A stretch of 64,000 bases of DNA from Sumerlaeia bacterium. Its GTDB lineage: Bacteria > Sumerlaeota > Sumerlaeia > SLMS01 > JAHLLQ01. Of the stretch, positions 56,207-64,000 are shown piece after piece; the first letter of the stretch is position 1, and every line of letters begins with the position of its first letter. The position numbers and the translations under genes are program-made. Under the pieces are notes generated by a model. That model searched no databases, was not told the origin of the DNA, and was given only the letters and a program-made list of their open reading frames with translations. The stretch lies in the NCBI GenBank assembly GCA_040219255.1, contig JAVJSW010000002.1, positions 1 through 64,000 of the forward strand, in the 5' to 3' direction.

Positions 56207-58501
56207 ATGACCCTTCCTTTCCTGACGATACGGACGCTTCCCGCCGCGGCGCTGCTGGCGGGAGCGTTGACGGTGGCGGCTTGCAGCGGTGGCGGCGGCG
56301 ACTCGGCCTCCGGCACCGGCACCGGCACCGGCACCGGCGATGCGACCGCAACCTCGCAAACCGCGAAGGCCACAACCAAACCAGCCACGTCTCCCAAACC
56401 CGCCACCACGGTGGCGGAGGACCTGGGCGAAGGCGGCGACCTCAAAGATTACCTGACCCCGGTGGTGCTCGATCAGTTCAACCCCGACGTGCCCGACGCC
56501 GTGAAGCGGGGCGACACGCCGGAGGAACCCCAGCGCGGCGGTATCCTGCGCGTGCGCACGCCCGCCGATTACCAGCACTTCAACCCCATGACCTCGACCG
56601 GTGCCCCCGAGCGCATCATCCAACTGATGCTCTTCGATCGCCTGGTGGATCAGGACGTCGAGACGCTGGAGTACTTTCCGGTCCTGGCCCAGTCCTGGGC
56701 CACGGCGGATCTGCTGCAAATGGAAGGCGGCGAAGTTCAGGAGGGCATCCTGACCGAGTTAGGCGAGGAAGGCACGAGCGACTCGGCCGTGGTGTTCGTC
56801 CCCGGCGCCAAGAAGTACTACTTCAAAAAGTTCGACGTCGCCGAGGCGGGCGAGGATTCGGTGACGCTAAAGGAGCCGATCTTCGGCCAGAGCGAGTTCA
56901 CCGGCGAGGTGACGGAGAACGAGTTCACCTATGAAGTGAACCAGGCCACCGCCGAAGAATTCGCCGCGAACACCATCGAAACCACCATCGGCGATCTCGC
57001 CACCTGGACCGACCGCGTCGGCGGCGAGCCCGTGGCCCGGCCCTTCCGCAAGCAGGAGACGGCGTTCTATTTCTACCTGCGCGACGACGTGACGTGGCAC
57101 GATGGCGAGACTTTCAATGCCGAGGATTTGGTCTTCAGCTACGAGACCCTGAACAACCCGGCGGTCAATGCGCAGCATCTGCGCGCGTACTTCGAGAACA
57201 TTTCCGAGCACGAGCAAATTGACGAGCGCACCGTGCGCTTCCGCAGCAACAAGCCCTACTTCAACCAGTTCGCGGCGCTGACTGGGATTCTGCCCATCCT
57301 GCCGGAGCACCTCTTCAACCCCGATCAATTCGGCGGCGACGACAAGGCCTTCGCCGACGCCTTCAATGAGCACCCCTTCATGGAAAGTCCGGTCGGCACG
57401 GGGCCGTACCGGCTGCAAGAATGGCGCAAGAACGAGAGCGTGACCCTGGTGCGGAACCCGAACTACTGGGCCAGCGCCGCCCCCGAAGGCACACGGCCCA
57501 ACTGGAATCCGGCCCAGCCCTACATGGACGCCATCGAGTTCGATTTCATTCCGGAAAAATCGGCGTCGCTCAAGGAACTCCAGAAGAACAACATCGACGC
57601 CGACCTGGACATCGAACCGGACACCTGGTTCCTGGACGAAACGAACACCGAGGACTTCAAGAGCCGAATCGTGCGCGCCAAGCGCACCGGCTTCCTGTAT
57701 ACCTACATCGGCTGGAATTTGCAGCGCCCGATCTTCCAGGACAAGGAAGTGCGCCGCGCCCTGGCGATGCTGATCCCCCGCGACGAAATCGCCAAAAACA
57801 TCCACAATGGCCTGGCGACGCCAATCACGGGGCCGTTCTACGCCAACGGGCCGGGCTACGATAAGTCGGTGCCGCAGATTCCCTACGACCCCCAGCAGGC
57901 CAAGCGAATCCTGCGCAAGGCGGGGTGGCTCGACCGCGACCGCGACGGCGTGATCGAGAAGGAAATCAACGGCGAGATGGTGCCCTTCCGCATGAGCTAC
58001 AGCATCCACAACGCCCGCGATTATCACCAGAAAATCGCCGACATCATCAAAGAAGCCGTTCAGCAGGCCGGCATCGAAGTGACCATCGACAAAACCGAAT
58101 GGGCGATTTTCGCCGAGAAAGTGCGCGAGAAAAAGTTCGACGCGGTGCGCTTCGCCTGGGGCACGACCCTGGACCCCGATCCCTACCAGATCTGGCACAG
58201 CAGCCAGATCGCCAACAAGGGCGACAATTTCGTCAGTTACCGCAACCCCCGCGTGGATGAGTTGGCGGAGAAATTGCGCGAGACCTTCGACCCGCCGCAG
58301 CGGTGGGAAATGGCCCGCGAAATGCACCGCATCATCGCCGAGGATCAGCCCTACGCGTTCCTGTTCAATTTCGACGAGACGTATTTCTACGACCGCGATT
58401 TGCGCGGCGTGCGGCTTTATCCCTCGATGTATCCGACGGATTTCACCGAGTGGTGGTGGTCCGACCCGGCCCGCCGCACAGAGACCGTCACAGGCGGCTA
58501 A
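56207..58501 (+). CDS. ABC transporter substrate-binding lipoprotein, family 5 (OppA/AppA-like)
   Basis: Lipobox VAAC, Gly/Thr linker, LRDDVTWHDG, GTGPY, VRRALAM, DPDPYQIWHSS. Confidence 0.92.
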   Translation: MTLPFLTIRTLPAAALLAGALTVAACSGGGGDSASGTGTGTGTGDATATSQTAKATTKPATSPKPATTVAEDLGEGGDLKDYLTPVVLDQFNPDVPDAVKRGDTPEEPQRGGILRVRTPADYQHFNPMTSTGAPERIIQLMLFDRLVDQDVETLEYFPVLAQSWATADLLQMEGGEVQEGILTELGEEGTSDSAVVFVPGAKKYYFKKFDVAEAGEDSVTLKEPIFGQSEFTGEVTENEFTYEVNQATAEEFAANTIETTIGDLATWTDRVGGEPVARPFRKQETAFYFYLRDDVTWHDGETFNAEDLVFSYETLNNPAVNAQHLRAYFENISEHEQIDERTVRFRSNKPYFNQFAALTGILPILPEHLFNPDQFGGDDKAFADAFNEHPFMESPVGTGPYRLQEWRKNESVTLVRNPNYWASAAPEGTRPNWNPAQPYMDAIEFDFIPEKSASLKELQKNNIDADLDIEPDTWFLDETNTEDFKSRIVRAKRTGFLYTYIGWNLQRPIFQDKEVRRALAMLIPRDEIAKNIHNGLATPITGPFYANGPGYDKSVPQIPYDPQQAKRILRKAGWLDRDRDGVIEKEINGEMVPFRMSYSIHNARDYHQKIADIIKEAVQQAGIEVTIDKTEWAIFAEKVREKKFDAVRFAWGTTLDPDPYQIWHSSQIANKGDNFVSYRNPRVDELAEKLRETFDPPQRWEMAREMHRIIAEDQPYAFLFNFDETYFYDRDLRGVRLYPSMYPTDFTEWWWSDPARRTETVTGG

Positions 58502-58531
58502 ATCCCCTTCTCCCCAGGAAACGAGGCCTGA

Positions 58532-60229
58532 GTGGTTCAGTACATCGTCAAGCGCCTGTTGTTGATGCTCGTGACGCTTTTTGGCATCACGCTCATCACC
58601 TTCGCCATCACGCGGCTGGCCCCCGGCGAACCGACGCCGGTGCAGGCCGGCGCCGTGGGCACCGAGGTCGCCGACTACGACACCATCGTGGAACGCAACC
58701 GGCGCAACCTGGGGCTGGACAAACCGCTCTTCTTCAACTTCGACTTCGAAGATCGGGACTACGCGGCGCGCCAGGCCCTGGAGGACTTTCTGCGACCGCA
58801 GAAATTCTGGCAGGAATCGGCCCGCCGCAGCCTTCGCTACAGCGGCACCATCGCCGTTGGCCCGGCCATTGAACTGCTCGAGCGATTGATCGCCATCCGC
58901 GACGAAAGCCGTCTGGTCGATCACACTCTCGAACCGACCGACAACACGGCCCAGATCATCGACACCCCCGACGCCATCCGGCGGCTCCTGGAGATGATGC
59001 CGAACTTGGCCCAGCGCCGTCCGGAAGGTTTAGCCGAGGTTGAAACACCGGAAGCCAAGTTACAAATCTGGAAGGACTGGTACGCCGAGCACAGCGCCCT
59101 CTTCACCGACGAGGCCGCCCGCAAGGCCGTCCAGGACTACATCCTCGGCAACGCCGAGCTGGCCGAAATCTTCGCCGTCGGCAGCTACACCGTCCCCTAC
59201 CTGATCGACGCTCTGGAAGAAGGCGACCGCACCCAGGCGCTGCGCGCGAACGCGGCGCTGTCGGGCCTGACGGGCCTGGATTTCATGACGAGCGCCGACG
59301 CCTGGGAGGACGAGCGGGGCGAAATTATCCGCCGTTGGAAATCGTTCTATGCCCGCGAGTCGGTGCGGTTCGAGGACTACGGCGCGTTCCACGACACCCT
59401 GAACATCCTCGCCAACACGCAATTCGGCCTCTGGGTGCGCAACGTCGCGACCTTCGATTTCGGGCGCTCCTACAAGTACAACCGCTCGGTCAGCGAGCTA
59501 ATCGTCGAGCGCCTGCCGGTGACGTTCCTGCTGTCCGTGCTGTCGATTTTTATCAGCTATCTGCTGGCCATTCCGATCGGGATTTTCTCGGCCATCAAGA
59601 AGCACTCGGGCCCCGACCGGGTCATCACGATCACGCTGTTCGTGCTCTATTCGCTGCCGAGTTTCTGGGTCGCCCAGATGCTGCTGCTGACGCTGACCGG
59701 CGGGCCGTCGCCCTTCGGCTTCGAATGGCCCGAGCTGTTCCCGACCCGCGGCCTGGCGAGCGGCGACAACAACTGGCGCGAGTTCTATCGCGATCCGAAG
59801 ATTTTCTTCGACTTCCTCTGGCACTTGATTCTGCCGACGCTGGTGCTGACCTATGGGTCCCTGGCGTTTATCTCGCGCCAGATGCGCAGCGCCGTTCTCG
59901 AGGTCATCAAGCAGGACTACATCCGCACCGCCAAGTCCAAGGGCCTGCCCTATCGCACGGTGGTTCTCAAGCACGCGGTGCGCAATTCGCTCATCCCGAT
60001 CATCACGATCAGCGCCGGCCTCCTGCCCGAGCTGATCGCCGGGTCGATCATCATCGAGCAGATTTTCACCATCCCGGGCATGGGCTTGCTGTCCTTTGAA
60101 GCGATCCTGGCGCGCGATTATCCGGTGGTGAACGCGATCCTGTTCTTCTCGGCGTTTCTGACGCTGATCGGGATCCTGGTCGCCGACCTGCTCTATGCCG
60201 TGGTGGACCCGCGGATCAGTTACAAGTAA
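58532..60229 (+). CDS. peptide ABC transporter permease (OppB-like) with large insertion
   Basis: YIVKRLL..LAPGEP, DFGRS, ERLPVT, DYIRTAKSKGL, RDYPVV, DPRISY. Confidence 0.93.
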   Translation: MVQYIVKRLLLMLVTLFGITLITFAITRLAPGEPTPVQAGAVGTEVADYDTIVERNRRNLGLDKPLFFNFDFEDRDYAARQALEDFLRPQKFWQESARRSLRYSGTIAVGPAIELLERLIAIRDESRLVDHTLEPTDNTAQIIDTPDAIRRLLEMMPNLAQRRPEGLAEVETPEAKLQIWKDWYAEHSALFTDEAARKAVQDYILGNAELAEIFAVGSYTVPYLIDALEEGDRTQALRANAALSGLTGLDFMTSADAWEDERGEIIRRWKSFYARESVRFEDYGAFHDTLNILANTQFGLWVRNVATFDFGRSYKYNRSVSELIVERLPVTFLLSVLSIFISYLLAIPIGIFSAIKKHSGPDRVITITLFVLYSLPSFWVAQMLLLTLTGGPSPFGFEWPELFPTRGLASGDNNWREFYRDPKIFFDFLWHLILPTLVLTYGSLAFISRQMRSAVLEVIKQDYIRTAKSKGLPYRTVVLKHAVRNSLIPIITISAGLLPELIAGSIIIEQIFTIPGMGLLSFEAILARDYPVVNAILFFSAFLTLIGILVADLLYAVVDPRISYK

Positions 60230-60245
60230 CCCAAGGACAACGCTT

Positions 60246-61754
60246 TTGCCCTCGCATCAGGACCACTCGCCGCCCGCCGCCACCACGGTTCATCCGCCCG
60301 CCGATCTGCCGGATCGGGGAACGTCCGAATCGTATTGGACGCAAGCCATCCGCGATTACCGGCGCAACCGGCCCGCCGTCTTTGGGTTGCTGGTCGTGTG
60401 GTTTGTGGCGACGGTCGGCGTGCTTTGTCCACTGCTCGCCAACGGGCGGCCGCTCTACATCAACGCCGTCTTCCTCGACGATTACGACGAGGCCTACTTC
60501 ATCGTCCTCGACGAAGTCGCCCGCCTTGGCGAAACGGAAAATACCGCCGCCCGATTCCGCACCGCCTTCGACCGGCTCCGGGGGCATCTCGCGCCGGAAT
60601 TCCGCGAACGCCTCAGCGAAGTCTCCGAACACATGGTGGCCTTCGCCGCGGGTGAGGGATCACAGGAAACCTTCGACGCCGCCGTGGCGCAATTCGAGGC
60701 CGACTTCGACTACGGCGAAGTGGAACTCGTCCCCCAAGCCCGCTTCCCCATCTTTCGAACTCTTAGCCAAGGCGAACTTTTCTTCCTCTTTTTTTACGTT
60801 TTTTGCCTCGCGGGCATCCTCTTTCGCAAGCGCCTGCGCCATGGCTGGCTCGTCATCGGCGTCGCCGTGGGCGGGCCGCTCATTCTCGCCTTCGCGATCC
60901 GCGCCGCCTGGCCGCCGGTCCAGGACGCCTTCAACTACCGCGACCTGATCTCGTCCGAGAGCTTCGAAGGCTCCGTCGTCCTGCCCCTCGTCTTCTATGG
61001 CGAGAACGAGAACCTGACCGCCGAATCGCGCCAGCCCCCGACCTTCCTCCTGCCCGAGGACGAGCGAGCCATCAACCAGCACTTCCACCTCCTGGGCACC
61101 GACACGAACGGCCGCGATGTGCTCAGCCGCATGATCTACGGCGCCCGCATTTCCATGCTCGTTGGCATCGTCGCCGTGTCGCTGTACCTTTCCATCGGCA
61201 TTATTCTCGGCGCCGTGGCGGGCTATTTCGGCGGGTGGACGGACCTCGCGCTGTCGCGCCTGATCGAGGTCGTCATCTGCTTTCCCGTGCTGTTCCTGAT
61301 CCTCTCGGTCCAGGCCATGCTCGACCCCTCGATCATCAACATCATGGTCATGCTGGGCCTCGTGGGATGGACCGGCGCGGCGCGGCTCCAGCGCGGTGAG
61401 TTCCTGCGCATCGTCAACCTCGACTACATCCAGGCCATCCGGGCGCTCGGCGGGTCGCATCTGCGGATCATCTTCCGCCACGTCCTGCCCAACGCCATCG
61501 GGCCGATCCTGGTGCTGGCCAGCTTCGGCATCGCGGGCTCCATCCTGGTCGAGAGCGCGCTCAGCTTCCTCGGCTTCGGCGTTCCCCAACCCACCGCGTC
61601 CTGGGGCGACCTCCTCAACAACGGCCGCAACGACATCCAAGGCCTCTGGTGGCTCACCGTCTTCCCCGGCTTCGCGATTTTCCTGACGGTGACGTGCTTC
61701 AATTTGGTTGGCGAAGGCGTGCGGGATGCGCTGGACCCGCGGCGGGATGAGTAA
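60246..61754 (+). CDS. peptide ABC transporter permease (OppC-like) with large insertion
   Basis: HLLGTDTNGRDV, YGARISM, RHVLPN, SWGDLL, GEGVRDALDP; TTG 60246 preceded by AAGGA. Confidence 0.92.
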   Translation: MPSHQDHSPPAATTVHPPADLPDRGTSESYWTQAIRDYRRNRPAVFGLLVVWFVATVGVLCPLLANGRPLYINAVFLDDYDEAYFIVLDEVARLGETENTAARFRTAFDRLRGHLAPEFRERLSEVSEHMVAFAAGEGSQETFDAAVAQFEADFDYGEVELVPQARFPIFRTLSQGELFFLFFYVFCLAGILFRKRLRHGWLVIGVAVGGPLILAFAIRAAWPPVQDAFNYRDLISSESFEGSVVLPLVFYGENENLTAESRQPPTFLLPEDERAINQHFHLLGTDTNGRDVLSRMIYGARISMLVGIVAVSLYLSIGIILGAVAGYFGGWTDLALSRLIEVVICFPVLFLILSVQAMLDPSIINIMVMLGLVGWTGAARLQRGEFLRIVNLDYIQAIRALGGSHLRIIFRHVLPNAIGPILVLASFGIAGSILVESALSFLGFGVPQPTASWGDLLNNGRNDIQGLWWLTVFPGFAIFLTVTCFNLVGEGVRDALDPRRDE

Positions 61755-61758
61755 AAAG

Positions 61759-61902
61759 GTAACACGGGCGTCCCGCCCGTGACTCGGCCACGTTCCTTCC
61801 ACGCCAACCACCGCACTCCAAGGGCCACCGTTAGCCGCCGAAGACAGGAAGCGGATCTTTCCCCAAAAACGCCGCCGGACATGGGCGGGACGCCCATGTT
61901 AC
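61759..61902. repeat. REP doublet (REPIN-like)
   Basis: GTAA-CACGGGCG-TCC-CGCCCGTG (61759-61781) and inverted copy GTAA-CATGGGCG-TCC-CGCCCATG (61880-61902) between convergent genes. Confidence 0.85.
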
Positions 61903-61932
61903 ACAGAATGCGTCTTTTTCTTTACGGCCGCC

Positions 61933-63999
61933 TCATGCCTTAAACTCCACCCCGCCAAACATCTCCTTCAGCTCCTTCACCCCCGCCGACTTCTTCTCCA
62001 GCAGCACGTCGCGCAGACCCTCCAGCTTGTCCTTGTGCTCGGCCAGGAGCCGTTCCGCGCGGTCGGCTTGATCGGTCAGGATGCGGGTGATTTCTTCGTC
62101 GATGGCCTGGGCCGTTTGCTCCGAGACGGGGCGGCGGTCGTGGCTACCGAAAATGCTGAACGTCTCCTGCACCTTGGGAAAGGTGCGGGGGCCGAGGCGG
62201 TGGGTCATGCCCAATTCCTCCACCATGACGCGCGCGATTTCGTTGGCCCGTTGCAAGTCGTTGTACGCCCCCACGCTGACCGGTCCGATCAGGAGCCGCT
62301 CGGCCGTGCGGCCGCCCAGCAGCACGCAGATGTCATCCAGGAATTCCGCATCGGTGATGACGTACTTCTTCTTGCGCACGGCCTGCATCACATAGCCCAG
62401 CGTTTCCTCGTACTCGCTGGAAATCGTGACCTTTTCGATGGTCGGACAGTGCGGCAGAACATAGGCCAGAATGGCGTGGCCGGCTTCGTGAACGGCCACG
62501 GTGACCTTCTCTTCCTCTTGCAGCTCCTTGTCCTTTTTCTTCCCTCCGAGAACCGCCGTGATGTGGTCCTCGGTGATTTCCAGGGGCTCTCCCCCGCCGG
62601 TGCGTAACTCCTCGCGTTTCAGCGCCCGGCACAGCGCGAACAGATGGTCGCCGCTGTGCCGGATGCCGCGCCGCTCGTCCAAGAAAGCGGCGGTGCGTTT
62701 GGCGAGATCGTCGAGCAATTCGTCGCTCATCCGCAGCTTGAACTTCTCGCGATAGATCTTCAGAATTTCCTTCCGATCCTCCTCCTCCGGATAGGGAATC
62801 TCGATGTCCAATTCGAACCGTCCGGGCCGCAGCAGCGCCGGATCCAACGCCTCGGAGAAGTTCGTTGTCCCGATCACGAAGACCATTTCTTCCTTACGAA
62901 ACCCGTCCATTTCGGTGAGGAGCTGGTTCACCATACTGTGCTCGACGCCGCTGCCCTCGAACGACCCGCGCGACGACGCGAAGCTGTCCAATTCGTCGAA
63001 CACGATGATGGCGGGGGCGGACTTGCGAGCCTGGGCGAAAACGCGCCGCAGGTTCTCCTCGCTCTCGCCGACCCATTTGCTCTTCAGCTCGGGGCCGCTG
63101 ACAATGTGGATCGTGGCGTCGATGGCGGTGGCGATGGCCTTGGCGAAAAACGTCTTCCCCGTTCCCGGCGGTCCGTAGAAGATCATGCCCTTGGGCACGA
63201 TTTCCTCGATGTGGCGGATGGCGGCCGGGTCCGTGGTTTTTTCCTTGGCCAGGAGCAGATCGAGGATGTCCTCGCGGATGCGTTTCTTGACGTGTTTGTA
63301 GCCACCGATTTGCGAGTCGAGATCGACGCGCGGCAGTTCCACATCGCCCATGACCGTCATCGTACGGATTTCGCGGATGATGGCGTCGGCGCTTTGCGGC
63401 ATCGCCGGGTTGTAATCCATGCGGTCCGCGAAATGGCCCAGAATCTGGCGCACCCGCACCGCGTTCAGGCCCGACATGTACTTATAGAGCTGGTACGGGT
63501 TGAACTCCTCCACGGCCAGTTTGCGCGCCTCGCGCTGGGTCACCAGATGCCGCAGCCGATCGCGCGGGATACCGATCAGCGAACGCCGCGCGGTGAACAG
63601 ATTCTCGATCACCTTGGGCAGCTCGAAGCTCGGGTCCTTGAACGCCAGGAACACCGCCTCGGCGTTTTCATAGAGCAGCGCCGCCGCCTCGCGCGTTTCG
63701 CCCGAGAGGCCGCTGCGCGTCGTCGTCGTCAGGATGTCCAGGTGCGGCAGGACCAGCACCTGATCCTCCTCGCCGCTGAAAACCGCCTCCTGCAATTGGC
63801 GCAGCAGCCGCTGCATCAGCGTCGCGTTGCCGCCCATCGGACCCTCGCCGCCGGTGGCGTGGCCCGCCAGCAGGTTCAGCCGCACATTGCGCCCCGAATG
63901 CGTCCGCATGCGGGCCCGCAGCGCGCGGTACAGGAACGTCACGAGCTGCTTGTCGCACTCGATCAGGACGCTCAGGCCCAGCAGCAACTTATCCCGCAC
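61933..63999 (-). CDS. AAA+ ATPase fused to M41 (FtsH-type) zinc peptidase; probably 5'-truncated by the window edge
   Basis: GPPGTGKT, IIVFDELD, LDPALLRPGRF, HEAGH, LLGGRTAE, GAYNDL. Confidence 0.9.
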   Translation of the reverse strand: MRDKLLLGLSVLIECDKQLVTFLYRALRARMRTHSGRNVRLNLLAGHATGGEGPMGGNATLMQRLLRQLQEAVFSGEEDQVLVLPHLDILTTTTRSGLSGETREAAALLYENAEAVFLAFKDPSFELPKVIENLFTARRSLIGIPRDRLRHLVTQREARKLAVEEFNPYQLYKYMSGLNAVRVRQILGHFADRMDYNPAMPQSADAIIREIRTMTVMGDVELPRVDLDSQIGGYKHVKKRIREDILDLLLAKEKTTDPAAIRHIEEIVPKGMIFYGPPGTGKTFFAKAIATAIDATIHIVSGPELKSKWVGESEENLRRVFAQARKSAPAIIVFDELDSFASSRGSFEGSGVEHSMVNQLLTEMDGFRKEEMVFVIGTTNFSEALDPALLRPGRFELDIEIPYPEEEDRKEILKIYREKFKLRMSDELLDDLAKRTAAFLDERRGIRHSGDHLFALCRALKREELRTGGGEPLEITEDHITAVLGGKKKDKELQEEEKVTVAVHEAGHAILAYVLPHCPTIEKVTISSEYEETLGYVMQAVRKKKYVITDAEFLDDICVLLGGRTAERLLIGPVSVGAYNDLQRANEIARVMVEELGMTHRLGPRTFPKVQETFSIFGSHDRRPVSEQTAQAIDEEITRILTDQADRAERLLAEHKDKLEGLRDVLLEKKSAGVKELKEMFGGVEFKA

Positions 64000-64000
64000 C

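Noticed and set aside
56311-56338. (CGGCAC)4 microsatellite as a phase-variation tract
   Set aside because: In-frame hexamer encoding a Gly-Thr lipoprotein linker; length change would not shift the frame.

Overview
High-GC, gene-dense chromosomal window from a diderm bacterium (kdsB, lgt, tatAC). The pilin-like protein ending YNPTNG..S.GDIW, the dockerin-like C-terminal loop and the Trp-containing C-terminal tail suggest Candidatus Sumerlaeota (BRC1) or a relative; this is inference, not a database result. About 45 CDSs, mostly housekeeping, envelope and signalling: a six-PAS hybrid kinase, tatA/tatC, cobB, lgt, thiL, rpmB, birA, kdsB, an MBOAT/SGNH pair, M32 carboxypeptidase, moaE, an RpiB-transaldolase fusion, an Opp-type ABC cluster and a partial AAA-M41 protease. 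RNA genes: tRNA-Gln(CTG), tRNA-Glu(CTC) and SRP RNA. No integrase, transposase, prophage, rRNA or CRISPR array was seen. Best leads: (1) a family of intergenic long inverted-repeat elements (CACxGAG-type arms, one nested) around unrelated AT-rich cores, plus a separate REP doublet; (2) two pseudokinases coupled to a sirtuin and divergent from an uncleavable pilin-like gene; (3) a coupled operon of Zn-finger/RelE-like gene, orphan kinase and two large paralogous membrane proteins with pilin-like C-termini; (4) a possible RiPP precursor at the left edge; (5) a Cdc48-like AAA fused to an FtsH-type peptidase; (6) large insertions in TatC and all three Opp subunits.
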